NCBI RefSeq assembly: GCF_035285525.1
Contig: NZ_JAYKGW010000179.1
Coordinates: 1 to 32,000, forward strand
DNA from: Okeania sp.
GTDB taxonomy: Bacteria > Cyanobacteriota > Cyanobacteriia > Cyanobacteriales > Microcoleaceae
Direction: 5' to 3'
Length of the DNA stretch: 32,000 nucleotides
Positions 9,768 to 19,300 of this stretch are shown piece by piece. The position numbers were made by a program, and so were the translations under genes. Every line of letters starts with the position of its first letter. Position 1 is the first letter of the stretch. The notes beneath the pieces are model-generated. The model ran no database searches. It worked only from the letters and a program-made list of their open reading frames with translations, and was not told where the DNA came from.

Positions 9768-10145
9768 CTATCTAGCTATCAAGTCAGGTCTCAGATTTTT
9801 CGCTCCTCGCAAATAGATATGCGCAATTTTTTGGCTGTGAGTTTCCGGCATATTTACATGAATCAAAAATCTGATACAACGTTCTAAACTACCCTCAACG
9901 TGCATTTGCTGCACATCTAATAAAGGTACATGATCCCAGTGAGGACGTTGGCGGGCGATCGCTGCTGGAAAAATCGCATCTAAGTCACGAGTCACAGAGA
10001 AAGTTGTACTAATAATTTGCTCTGGTTCGATTTGATTCTTAGCTTCTAGCTCATCTAGCAGTTCCGTGACTGCCTCTCGAATTGCCTCTACTGAATTTTC
10101 TGAGACTGTAATTGCTCCACGAATTGCTTGAACTCGCCACGCCAC
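9768..10145 (-). CDS. aroH: Chorismate mutase, AroH class
   Basis: 125-aa ORF reading RVQAIRGAITVSENSVEAIREAVTELLDELEAKN...FSVTRDLDAIFPAAIAR...HVPLLDVQQMHVEGSLERCIRFLIHVN. This matches the monofunctional AroH-type chorismate mutase pattern. Confidence 0.9.
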   Translation of the reverse strand: MAWRVQAIRGAITVSENSVEAIREAVTELLDELEAKNQIEPEQIISTTFSVTRDLDAIFPAAIARQRPHWDHVPLLDVQQMHVEGSLERCIRFLIHVNMPETHSQKIAHIYLRGAKNLRPDLIAR

Positions 10146-10304
10146 GTCAAAATCCTCCCAATAACAGTTTTGTACTATAAGTTTGACTAACTATCAGCTT
10201 TTAACCATCAGCTATCAGGTATTAGTGGTTCTAGATTGAAATCTTTTCCTCAATGTCCCCAAAAAATTCTGTTGATTGCTGATTGCTAACCACTGATCGC
10301 TTTA

Positions 10305-11123
10305 TTAAGGTTTATACAGCCACAAAGGTAAACCACTGGTAGAAATTTCAAATTCTACCCAGTTCTGGGCCGCCGATAATTTTGATGATACCTGATTATT
10401 ACCCAAAACTTTATTTATTAAAGATTTTGGTTTTTCTAAAGTACAACTCTCAGTTTTCTCTGGATCTAAATTTACCAGTTCACAAGCCCATTTTCTTGCA
10501 TCTTCCTCAGTACCTAAACGGTCTACCACACCTAAGTGTAATGCTTGTTCTCCTGTAAAGATACGACCATCTGCAAAACTTTTGACAGTTTCTACTGCTA
10601 AATTTCGGGCATCGGCCACTGTTTGGACAAACTGCTGATAACTAACATCTATTAAACTCTGGAGAATTTCTCTTTCTGGCTCAGTAATTTCTCGGTCAAA
10701 GGCCAATATATCCTTGTATGGTCCAGATTTTACTACTTTAAAGGAAACTCCTACTTTTTCCAAAAGACGCTCTATATTGTTGCCTCGCAAAATTACGCCA
10801 ATACTACCAGTAATCGTCCCTGGGTTGGACACAATATTTTGGGCACCCATACCAATATAAACGCCACCAGAAGCAGAAATATTACCGAAACTAGCGACAA
10901 TTTTGACTTTCTCTTGCAGTTTTTTCAAGGCACTGTATATTTCTTGAGAGTCAGCTACAGTACCCCCAGGACTATCTATCCTCAGTAATAAAGCTGGAAA
11001 TTTTCTTTCTTCTACCGTTTTGAGTGCTTCTAATACTCGTTTTCGGGTATCGCTGGCAATGACACCATTAATTTCTATTCGGGCAATTTGTTTACGATAT
11101 CGGGGCTTAAATGGCCAAATCAT
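10305..11123 (-). CDS. sppA: Signal peptide peptidase SppA, 36K type
   Basis: 272-aa ORF. IARIEINGVIAS, LLRIDSPGGTV, ASFGNISASGGVYI (catalytic Ser context) and GSIGV..VKSGPYKD match ClpP/crotonase-fold SppA. Confidence 0.9.
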   Translation of the reverse strand: MIWPFKPRYRKQIARIEINGVIASDTRKRVLEALKTVEERKFPALLLRIDSPGGTVADSQEIYSALKKLQEKVKIVASFGNISASGGVYIGMGAQNIVSNPGTITGSIGVILRGNNIERLLEKVGVSFKVVKSGPYKDILAFDREITEPEREILQSLIDVSYQQFVQTVADARNLAVETVKSFADGRIFTGEQALHLGVVDRLGTEEDARKWACELVNLDPEKTESCTLEKPKSLINKVLGNNQVSSKLSAAQNWVEFEISTSGLPLWLYKP

Positions 11124-11135
11124 GCTGTTTTATTT

Positions 11136-11170
11136 CAGTTATCAGTTAACAGTTATCAGTTATCAGTATC
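11136..11170. repeat. STRR-type heptamer tandem repeat just upstream of the sppA start
   Basis: CAGTTAT CAGTTAA CAGTTAT CAGTTAT CAGTATC. Confidence 0.85.
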
Positions 11171-11459
11171 AAGCGCTGAAACCAGAGGCTGGAAATACTG
11201 AATTTTATTTTTTTTCGTACCCCTTACAAAAAGCAGGGTTGAGACCTTCTTTTTTGGTCAAAATACGAAAGACAAAAGTAATAGACTTTTTTAGGGGTTA
11301 ACATATTCAAGTTAAATTGTCAATCAAAATAATACTAATGAATATTTTTATATTTTACTATATGATTTAGCAAATTAATAATTATAGACATTTTTTTTTA
11401 AATTATTATAATTATTAATAATATTTTAACTAATTGACTAAATACCAATCTGTAAATTC

Positions 11460-12479
11460 ATGGAACTAAAACTAACTAATTCAAAACTTCCTTTTGCACC
11501 ACTTTTACTCATTGCTCCCTTTTTTTTCTGGGGAACTGCAATGGTAGCAATGAAAGGTGTGATTCCTCAGACGACACCATTATTTATGGCAGCAATGCGT
11601 ATCTTACCCGCAGGAATACTATTGATACTGGTAGGAATAATTTTGGGAAGACCTCAACCGAAAAGTAAATTAGCTTGGTTGTGGATTTTATTATTTGCTT
11701 TAGTAGATGGTACTTTGTTTCAAGGTTTTTTGGCTGAAGGGTTAGTCAGAACAGGTGCTGGTTTGGGTTCGGTGATGATTGATTCCCAACCTCTAGCAGT
11801 GGCTATTTTATCATTGTGGCTATTTCAAGAGAGAATTAGATTTTGGGGCTGGTTAGGGTTAGGTATTGGTATTATTGGTATTAGTTTAATAGGTTTACCT
11901 GACGAATGGCTCGGAAATTTACTGCACCCAGAAACAATAGAAGTATCTTTGGGAATAGATGTACTGTTTCACAATGGAGAATGGTTAATGTTATTAGCAG
12001 CTCTATCTATGGCAGTAGGAACAGTATTAGTGCGTTGGGTTTGCAAATATAATGACCCAGTGATGGCAACTGGTTGGCACATGATTTTAGGTGGAGTGCC
12101 ATTACTTATTATGTCTGCAGAGTTCGAGTCTCAGCAGTGGGTTAATATCGATCAGTATGGTTGGGTAGCTATGGGTTATGCTGCTGTTTTTGGCAGCGCG
12201 ATCGCTTACGGTTTATTCTTTTATTTTGCTTCTTCGGGTAATCTTACGAGTTTAAGTGCTTTAACTTTTCTAACTCCAATTTTTGCTTTATTGTTTGGCA
12301 ACTTCTTTTTAGGAGAAGTTTTGAGTTCACTACAGTCAGTGGGAGTAGGTTTAACTTTAGTGAGTATTTATTTGATTAATCAACGAGATGTATTAGCTGA
12401 GAAGTTTAAATTTAGTATTTTTAAACAAGAAGAAGAAAACTTAGACAAACCAACCCAAAAACCTAGTTTATTACCCTGA
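11460..12479 (+). CDS. EamA/DMT-superfamily transporter
   Basis: 339-aa ORF with about 10 hydrophobic segments in two EamA-like halves (FFWGTAMVAMKG..; AYGLFFYFASSGNLTSLSALTFLTPIFALLFG). Confidence 0.85.
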   Translation: MELKLTNSKLPFAPLLLIAPFFFWGTAMVAMKGVIPQTTPLFMAAMRILPAGILLILVGIILGRPQPKSKLAWLWILLFALVDGTLFQGFLAEGLVRTGAGLGSVMIDSQPLAVAILSLWLFQERIRFWGWLGLGIGIIGISLIGLPDEWLGNLLHPETIEVSLGIDVLFHNGEWLMLLAALSMAVGTVLVRWVCKYNDPVMATGWHMILGGVPLLIMSAEFESQQWVNIDQYGWVAMGYAAVFGSAIAYGLFFYFASSGNLTSLSALTFLTPIFALLFGNFFLGEVLSSLQSVGVGLTLVSIYLINQRDVLAEKFKFSIFKQEEENLDKPTQKPSLLP

Positions 12480-12511
12480 TATCAAATCTGGTAGTATTCG
12501 CAGAAAAACCC

Positions 12512-12544
12512 AGAAACCCGGTTTCTTCGAGAAACCGGGTTTCT
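12512..12544. terminator. Perfect 15-bp-stem hairpin between convergent genes (candidate terminator, better on the minus strand)
   Basis: AGAAACCCGGTTTCT-TCG-AGAAACCGGGTTTCT. On the minus strand it is followed by GGGTTTTTCT. It belongs to a repeat also seen at 8565-8585 and 17057-17120. Confidence 0.5.
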
Positions 12545-12580
12545 TTGCGTAAATCCCGATAATACTCCGAAGCAAGGAGA

Positions 12581-13309
12581 TTAGATAGAATCAGGTTCTA
12601 TTCCTAATTCTTTAAGTTTAGCAGCTAGACGTTCAGCACGTTGCTTTTCTTGTTCAGCTACTTCTCCTGGCAATAATACCAAATTTCCTTCCTCGTCATA
12701 AAATCGTAACCATACTGCCGATTCTCGCATAATAGTTCCTTCCCAAGTACCTAACCATAACTCTAAATCCTGGCACCACAACCATCCCTTATCATTCTTC
12801 TGCAACTTCTGATATTTCTTATTTTGCAGTTCCCATCCCTGTAATGACTTCGAGTCAAATGGATCGAAAATAAAATAATATGGAGTACGGAAGGTTTGCT
12901 CGTAAATATCCTTTTTCTTGCCAATATCTACATTAGCAGTTGAAGGAGATGTGAGTTCAACTATCACATCAGGATAACGACCATTTTCTTCCCAAACTAC
13001 CCATCCTTGACGAGCTGTATCATCTTGTACATTCAAGACCACAAAGAAATCAGGACCTTTGAAATCGCGATTTTTAGCTTGAATACTACTGTAATAAATA
13101 AACATATTACCACCAACAAAAAAGTCCTTGCGAGCTGACCAACGTTGATACAAAGAATCTATCAGAAGATTCATGGCAATACGGTGACGTTTGCTTTCCA
13201 AGAGTTCTCCATCATCAAAGATTAAGTCTGTAGGTGGCATCGGTGGTTCCCAGTCGGGAATCACTTTGGTTAGTAACTCGGTTTTGGGAGAAATTTCTGT
13301 AGTAATCAT
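12581..13309 (-). CDS. Uma2-family (DUF820) endonuclease, intact
   Basis: 242-aa ORF. SKRHRIAMNLL, GPDFFVV and PDVIVELTSPST..DIGKKKDIY match the PD-(D/E)xK Uma2 core. The C-terminal charged helix AEQEKQRAERLAAKLKELGIEP is common in cyanobacterial members. Confidence 0.85.
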   Translation of the reverse strand: MITTEISPKTELLTKVIPDWEPPMPPTDLIFDDGELLESKRHRIAMNLLIDSLYQRWSARKDFFVGGNMFIYYSSIQAKNRDFKGPDFFVVLNVQDDTARQGWVVWEENGRYPDVIVELTSPSTANVDIGKKKDIYEQTFRTPYYFIFDPFDSKSLQGWELQNKKYQKLQKNDKGWLWCQDLELWLGTWEGTIMRESAVWLRFYDEEGNLVLLPGEVAEQEKQRAERLAAKLKELGIEPDSI

Positions 13310-13380
13310 TTTTAGCCCCCTCCAATTGTGTTTTCATTATTTATAATAGCATGGATTTAATAATATTAGGTAACATTCAT

Positions 13381-13505
13381 TAATGGATAATTGATAATTA
13401 ATAATTACCTCTCTCTTTTAGGGAAATGATTGACTAAAATGAAAAATAAAAATTCCCCCTTTATGGGATATTTTGAAACTGAATTATTTAATTATTCATT
13501 ATTCA
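13381..13505. repeat. Dispersed AT-rich MITE-like repeat (GGATAATTGATAATTA...AATTATTTAATTATT family)
   Basis: Aligns by eye with 25271-25390 (same orientation) and 19671-19912 (opposite orientation). Confidence 0.55.
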
Positions 13506-13612
13506 GCAAACAGGAAAGAAAAAGAATATTTAGGATAATAGAAAACAGGACTTATTTTTTTCTATTACAATAGAAATTGTTGATTTTATAAATAGTATTT
13601 TTTGTAGAGATT

Positions 13613-14188
13613 ATGGATGGCAAAATCTTTTATTCTTGGCAATCAGATTTACCAAATAAGACAAATCGTGGATTTATTGGGGATGCTCTTAAGAAAGCTG
13701 TCAAGTCTATTATTAATGATAATTCTATTATAGTGGAACCAGTTATAGACCGGGATACTCAAAATGTACCTGGTTCGCCAGATATTGTTCAGACTATTTT
13801 TGATAAAATTGACCAGGCTCAGATTTTCGTGTGTGATGTTTCGATTATTAATTCCAATTTATCAAATGCTGGAAACCGTAGATTTATTCAGAAAATACCG
13901 GAGAGTTTTCTTGATTTTTTCTATAAAAATGCAAACTCTCGTCCTATTCCAAATCCTAATGTATTAATTGAGCTTGGATATGCAATGAAAACTTTAGGAG
14001 AAGAAAAGATTATTATGGTTATGAATACTGCTTTTGGTAATCCCGAACAATTACCATTTGACCTGCGAATGAGACGAGTTATTTGTTACAATATGCCGGA
14101 AGATAATCAAGAACAACCTACAGAACGCAACAAGTTAACAAAATCTCTTGAAAGAGCTATTATTCCTATTTTGCAAGAATTGGAATAA
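13613..14188 (+). CDS. TIR-like / nucleoside 2-deoxyribosyltransferase-like (flavodoxin-fold) domain protein. This is the surviving N-terminal module of a longer decayed gene.
   Basis: 191-aa ORF. KIFYSWQSDLPNKTNRGFI (strand 1 plus helix), IFVCDVSIIN, NPNVLIELGYAMKTLGEEKIIMVMN (conserved Glu after strand 4). This layout is typical of TIR-like/NDT-like effector domains found in anti-phage systems. The assignment rests on motifs only. Confidence 0.5.
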   Translation: MDGKIFYSWQSDLPNKTNRGFIGDALKKAVKSIINDNSIIVEPVIDRDTQNVPGSPDIVQTIFDKIDQAQIFVCDVSIINSNLSNAGNRRFIQKIPESFLDFFYKNANSRPIPNPNVLIELGYAMKTLGEEKIIMVMNTAFGNPEQLPFDLRMRRVICYNMPEDNQEQPTERNKLTKSLERAIIPILQELE

Positions 14189-15094
14189 GAAATAATAAAG
14201 AAACTTTTGATCAAACAATTAGAAGAAGAAAGAACAAGAAAACTTTGAATTACTGAAAGGGTAATAATAAGTATCAAACAAGGCGATCAGTGGAGTGAAT
14301 TCCAAGTTGATGAGTTTATGGAATCATTAGATAATCAAATAAAAAAACTTGCACCTGAATTTTCAAAAAAAGTGTAGAAAACGAAGATTTACTAATAAAA
14401 GCAATTGATAAAACAGAAGAGTTAGTTATACAATTTTCTAGTCTTGCAGAAGCAATAGCGACTACAATAGAATCTATCAATGCAGCTACTAGCTTATACG
14501 GATACTTTCAAGTAATGTTCGTTAATTATGATCATTTTTATAACTCATTTGGCGACCTTATTGATGACATTGATGATACTGTAATTCAAGTTAAAGATTC
14601 TAGTAATTTAGATTTTTATAGGTCACGAACTGTTTGTGACATATTTTTCTTTTCTAATTCGAGAAAATCGCTGGAGATTAATCTTAAAAATCCTTGATGA
14701 GGATATTTTTGAAGATAATTCAGTTTTACAGCTTAATCAAGCAATAAAATTGAATGACGTATCTCAGCCTATAGAATTATTTGAAAGTTCCTCAAATAAT
14801 TGTCATTCAGAGATATTAAATCAGCGTCATACAAATGGAAAAATCGCAGAAATTGTACCAATGCAGCAATTTATTGAAGCTGATTTTTTCTTATTTATCT
14901 TATCTGAAAGTAACACCAAAGATGACAGTGATTCATATTGGCATGGTTGGAGTTTATTGTACATGGAACAAATTCCAAAATATTTATTAGAAGCAAGAGA
15001 AGTAGATTTTGCCAAACAATTATTGCCACCTTTAGGTTTAGAAACAATAGCAGAACTTCGCGATTTAATATCTCATGTTAAAACTAGATTATAA
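14189..15094 (+). pseudogene. Decayed C-terminal two thirds of the TIR-like gene
   Basis: The same frame continues after TAA (14186-14188): EIIKKLLIKQLEEERTRKL, TGA (14246-14248), ITERVIISIKQGDQWSEFQVDEFMESLDNQIKKLAPEFSKK. The frame shifts at the A7 run (14366-14372) to SVENEDLLIKAIDKTEELVIQFSSLAEAIATTIESINAATSLYGYFQVMFVNYDHFYNSFGDLIDDIDDTVIQVKDSSNLDF. It shifts back at the T5 run (14613-14617) to IGHELFVTYFSFLIRENRW... (ORF 14636..15094). Confidence 0.55.
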
Positions 15095-15388
15095 GAAATA
15101 TGGAACAACTCATCTATACCATATTCCCATCTACCTTTAAAAAACTTTAACCCAGAATATATTGGTTCTATTTAATTAATTATTTATAACTTTAGTAGTG
15201 AATTGACATACCTAAAATGTTAATATTAGGGTGAGTTTTAGTTAGGGTTTTCATCCTCAACCTAAAATTTAGATAAACTCGTCCTAATGCACAAAATTAG
15301 TTCTGTTAGTCCCCTCAAAATTACTGATAACTGATCACCAATATCTGTTATAAATAAACTAAAGTTGTCTAGGATATAAAAACAATAT

Positions 15389-16453
15389 ATGGTCTCAGAT
15401 ATTGACAAATCCACAATTGACTTCATTGAATCAGAAGTAAGCAAATTACTCAAAAATTTGCCCAACTTAAAACAACAAAAATGGATTGGGCGATCGCTAT
15501 CCACCATAGTTAATATGGCAGGAGAAGAACTTGAACGTCTGGACTGGAAAATATTAGCTGCCTCTTTACAAGACATGGAAAAAGGATTTAAAACATTTTA
15601 TCCCTATCGTCATGTTCGTAAAATTACCATATTTGGTTCTGCACGAATATCTCCAGATACCCCAGAATATAAAATGGCAGTAGAATTTGCTCATTACATT
15701 ACTAAACAAGGTTTTATGGTAATGACTGGTGCTGGTCCTGGGATAATGCAAGCTGGCAATGAGGGTGCAGGAAGAAACAAATCTTTCGGTCTCAATGTTC
15801 ATTTACCTTTTGAACAAAAATCTAATCCTTTTATAGAAGGTGACAGTAAATTAATTAATTTTAAATACTTTTTTACTCGCAAATTATTTTTCCTTAAAGA
15901 AAGTGATGCTTTAGTTTTATTTCCTGGTGGTTTTGGTACTTTAGATGAGGCATTTGAAAGTTTAACATTAACCCAAACAGGTAAATATGGTCCTGCTCCT
16001 TTGGTTTTAATAGATTATCCAGGAGGAAATTATTGGCATGATTGGAATGATTTTATTCATCAACAATTATTGCGAAGAGGTTTAATTAATCCAGAAGATT
16101 GTAATTTTTACACTATTACTGATAATTTAGAATCAGCTTATGAAGCGATCGCCAACTTTTATAAAGTATATCATTCTAGTCGTTATGTAGGAGAGAAGTT
16201 TGTCATTCGTCTTAACTCCGAACTTTCACCAAAAGAAGTTGATTTTTTGAATCAAGAATTTAGGGATATTTTGATTGCAGGAAAGATTGAGAAAAGTAAA
16301 ATTTTACCAGAAGAATCAGATGATGAAACTTCTCATTTACCTCGTTTAATTATGCACTTTAATCAAAAGAAAAGTGGTAGATTATTTCAAATGTTAGCTC
16401 AGATAAATCAAATGGGAAAAAATACAACAAAAACTCATCCAAGGCATAAATAA
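15389..16453 (+). CDS. LOG-family (TIGR00730-type Rossmann fold) protein, a putative nucleotide 5'-monophosphate nucleosidase
   Basis: 354-aa ORF. ITIFGSAR, MTGAGPGIMQAGNEGA and LFPGGFGTLDEAFE (the PGGxGTxxE motif) are the LOG/PpnN family signatures, with N- and C-terminal extensions. Confidence 0.85.
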   Translation: MVSDIDKSTIDFIESEVSKLLKNLPNLKQQKWIGRSLSTIVNMAGEELERLDWKILAASLQDMEKGFKTFYPYRHVRKITIFGSARISPDTPEYKMAVEFAHYITKQGFMVMTGAGPGIMQAGNEGAGRNKSFGLNVHLPFEQKSNPFIEGDSKLINFKYFFTRKLFFLKESDALVLFPGGFGTLDEAFESLTLTQTGKYGPAPLVLIDYPGGNYWHDWNDFIHQQLLRRGLINPEDCNFYTITDNLESAYEAIANFYKVYHSSRYVGEKFVIRLNSELSPKEVDFLNQEFRDILIAGKIEKSKILPEESDDETSHLPRLIMHFNQKKSGRLFQMLAQINQMGKNTTKTHPRHK

Positions 16454-16454
16454 T

Positions 16455-16658
16455 GTAAGCATTCTGCATCGTCAGCTAACAGCTATCAACTTCTGAAAAA
16501 CATCTATAATTTCCGGCTATAAATTATATTGGTTAAAAGCTCAGATATTTAGATATATAGTTGAAAAGTAGAAGTAGAAGTTGAAAAAGCGCTTGACTTA
16601 CTTCATTGATTAAAAAACTAAGAGCTGACTGCTGAGGTACTAATAGCTGAATGCTTAC
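16455..16658. mobile_element. MITE-like element, GTAAGCATTCAGC-TIR family (204 bp)
   Basis: Left end GTAAGCATTCTGC, right end GCTGAATGCTTAC. Flanked by TAAATAat / TAAATAgg direct repeats. Starts 2 nt after the LOG stop codon. Confidence 0.6.
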
Positions 16659-17049
16659 TAAATAGGGTTGGCTGATTTATCGGGAACCGTAAAAGTCTGC
16701 TAGCGAAGTAAGGGAAAACTTAACTGTTTGGAGTATCTTCTACGGCAAAATTTTCTGATAATCAGGGTCGAAATTTTACCATTTTGAGACGACAATAGCC
16801 AAAAAATAGGTACTTTTTCAACACCTAAAAAGGCTAAAACCTTTATCTGTGTTTTATATCAAATTCAGTAATATTTGTATAATTCAAGAACGTAGGGGTT
16901 TGGTCTCCAAACTCTCTACAAACTACAGAAACAAGCCTTAACTAATAACTGAAAAAGCTAATAAATGATAACTGAAAAAGTAGGTACATCCACGGGAGCA
17001 AGATGCACGGTTCCCGAAAAATCGCACTGATAACATTTTTCCTGATTAT

Positions 17050-17120
17050 AAAAAAGCAAAGAAACTGGGTTTATATGAAATTCCGTAATAAAATCTAACT
17101 CCCATAAACCCGGTTTCTTG
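17050..17120 (-). terminator. Long hairpin plus T-run downstream of the minus-strand glycan operon
   Basis: Arms AAGAAACTGGGTTTAT (17059-17074) and ATAAACCCGGTTTCTT (17104-17119) pair with one mismatch. On the minus strand the stem is followed by a CTTTTTTAT tract. Confidence 0.5.
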
Positions 17121-17192
17121 TAACACTACCAAGATGGAGCTGTATTAAAAAACTGAATGCTAAAAGCTAAATTCTAAAAGCTAAATGCTTAC

Positions 17193-18668
17193 CTATTTAT
17201 TTGTAAATAAATAAACATCATCCTGTTGATAACTAAGCTGAAATTCAGAATTTAATTTTAATTTATCGACTAATTTTACCGAATATTCCTGACTACTTTT
17301 CCAACCAGGATAACGTACATTTACTAATATATAATCATATTCAGCTAAGATTTCATTTCTGGGAAACTCTTCTTCTTCAACAATTAATTTAATAAACTGA
17401 CGATGAGTTAAATGAGGACTAATTTTTGAAGTAGTTAAAACCCCACCTTTTGTCTGAACTAAACTAATAGCATTTCGTGTTGCTTGCCAAGTATCTAAAT
17501 CATCTAAATAAATAGACCAAAAATAACCATATTTAGCTAAAGCCAAAAATCCGATACAAGACCAAATGATTATAAATTTTGGTAAGCAGTTACTAACAAT
17601 TGTAGATATATTTTTATCCTGATTTTCTTGAGAGCGACGTAAATTCCAGAGCCAATACCATAAACCACATTTACCATCAGCAATAGTATAAATTACAGCC
17701 ATTAATAAAAAAGGCAATATTGGCAAAGAATATTGATGAATTAAATCTCTTTGAGCATCAATATCAGAGAGAATATTCATCGCCAAAACTGGAGAAGCAG
17801 CTATTAAAGGAGTTAAATATCTTAGAGCCAGCCACCAAATTATCGGCATATTTAACAATAATAAATATTCTAAAGTTTTGAGAGAAATTAATCTGCCAAA
17901 CACTAATTCAGGTCTTAAAAAAAGATTCAATAAAATTTCTGGGATAGAGTTACCTAAATATCCATAACGTCCGACTCCTCCTGGTGGTTTACCATCTTTA
18001 AAATAAGGTATTAACATTTGAGTAACAATAATAAACCAAGCCACACCAGCAAATAAAGCTATTGCACCATAAACCCGCTTTTTTTCAAAGAAATATAACC
18101 AAAAACCCATAGCAGCGACAGTTAAAGATAAAGCATCTTTACAGCCTAAAACCCAGATAATAGCTATACAAAACCAGAGAATTTTATCTAATTTAGCTGC
18201 TAAAATTGCTCCTAAAATTGCTGGCAATGCCATTACCTCTGGATGAAAATCAAATAAGTTTAGATTAAACACCACTGGGTATAATAAATAAACTATTACT
18301 ATGGCAAAAGCTTGTTGTTTATTTAAACCTGAATAACGAGCTAAACTCCAAGTAGGTAAAGTTCCTATTGCTAAAGAAATTGCTTGTATTAGTAATAGCC
18401 AATAAACTGAAGGATAAATTTTATAAAGTAATGCTACGGGATACATTGCCCAAGCAGCATGATTTCCCAAATGATGTACTTCTAAAAAGGAAGAAAAGGG
18501 AGGTAAACCTTGACTTATTAAATAAGTAACTTGGTCATAAATTCCCATTTCAAAAGCAGTCGATTGAAATAATAAGTGACGCACACTGCTACAGAGAAAT
18601 AAAATTATGGCAGCAATGATAGTTATTTGAAGTAAAAAATTAGATTTTAATTGTTTGAGAATTATCAT
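17193..18668 (-). CDS. DUF2079-family polytopic membrane protein (GT-C-like putative glycosyltransferase), paralog 1
   Basis: The ORF track start at 18758 is a TTG. The ATG at 18668 (MIILKQLKSNFLLQ) aligns with the start of paralog 2. More than 10 TM segments. FEMGIYDQVTYLISQG, HLGNHAAW and FDFHPEVMALPAILGAILAA are shared with 20937..22442 (about 60 percent identity by eye in the first 200 aa). Confidence 0.65.
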   Translation of the reverse strand: MIILKQLKSNFLLQITIIAAIILFLCSSVRHLLFQSTAFEMGIYDQVTYLISQGLPPFSSFLEVHHLGNHAAWAMYPVALLYKIYPSVYWLLLIQAISLAIGTLPTWSLARYSGLNKQQAFAIVIVYLLYPVVFNLNLFDFHPEVMALPAILGAILAAKLDKILWFCIAIIWVLGCKDALSLTVAAMGFWLYFFEKKRVYGAIALFAGVAWFIIVTQMLIPYFKDGKPPGGVGRYGYLGNSIPEILLNLFLRPELVFGRLISLKTLEYLLLLNMPIIWWLALRYLTPLIAASPVLAMNILSDIDAQRDLIHQYSLPILPFLLMAVIYTIADGKCGLWYWLWNLRRSQENQDKNISTIVSNCLPKFIIIWSCIGFLALAKYGYFWSIYLDDLDTWQATRNAISLVQTKGGVLTTSKISPHLTHRQFIKLIVEEEEFPRNEILAEYDYILVNVRYPGWKSSQEYSVKLVDKLKLNSEFQLSYQQDDVYLFTNK

Positions 18669-18804
18669 TGATACAGGAAGTAGTAGTATTAGAAAATATC
18701 TAAAAATATAGACTTGCGCTACGCACAAGTCATAACTTAGAAGCAATTTCTGAATCAAATGTATTGTTTGATGGTTTAAGCGTTTAAACCTTGTATCCTA
18801 ACTT

Positions 18805-19127
18805 CTACCTTTTCCGTGTTAGTAGTACAATAACTTGATAAATCAAAAACCAAGTCAGGACCAAAAGCGCTAAAGGTGGCATCAAGAATCCAAGAAATAT
18901 CATAACACCAAAAAAGATAGGGTATCCATCTTTTAGATTTAGATTATTTCCACCTAGAGCATTTAGATCAGAATTTTCTGATTCATTTCTCTTCATTTCC
19001 CTTTCCCTATCTGCTCGTTCTGTTTCATAATATGTCACGATTTATTCCTGTTGTTTTTCTCTTTCTATTTGTTCTTCTTTTCCCTTTCTATTTCCCATTT
19101 TCTATCTTCATCTTCATTTGACCACAT
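18805..19127 (-). pseudogene. Decayed paralog of the small charged tail-anchored membrane protein
   Basis: GGAGG RBS then ATG (19127) gives MWSNEDEDRKWEIEREKKNK, stop at 19067-19065. Another frame gives IEREKQQE, a stop, then ORF 18805..19038 (GTG start) ending in the hydrophobic YPIFFGVMIFLGFLMPPLALLVLTWFLIYQVIVLL. The first 20 codons align with MYSDEGGDTESEIDREKQEQ of 20168..20431. Confidence 0.35.
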
Positions 19128-19300
19128 AATAGCCTCCAAATTAAAATAAAAATTGACTTTAAACAATTTTAGTAGGACAAACTTAACCCTAATTTTACGT
19201 TATATTCAATCGGCTAAAAAAATGATTTTGAAAAACCTAGCCCCAAAAAATTAATAACTCTAAATAATGCTAGCATACATATCAAGTTTGAAGTCAAAAC
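19128..19300 (-). repeat. Duplicated 5' leader/promoter module (copy 1) of the small-protein genes
   Basis: Aligns with 20432-20709 at roughly four fifths identity by eye, once the 66-bp insertion in copy 2 is removed. Contains TTGATA-17 nt-TAGAGT on the minus strand. Confidence 0.5.

Noticed and set aside
12110-12140. GAGTTCGAGTCTC, which resembles a tRNA T-arm
   Set aside because: It is embedded in frame in the EamA transporter CDS, with no acceptor, D or anticodon arms around it.
13613-16453. The idea that the TIR-like gene and the LOG-family gene form a two-gene nucleotide-signalling defence system (both are SLOG/TIR-type folds)
   Set aside because: About 300 bp of non-coding DNA and a decayed C-terminal region separate them. 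The LOG protein looks like the long, conserved housekeeping type, with its own upstream region. Adjacency alone is not sufficient evidence.
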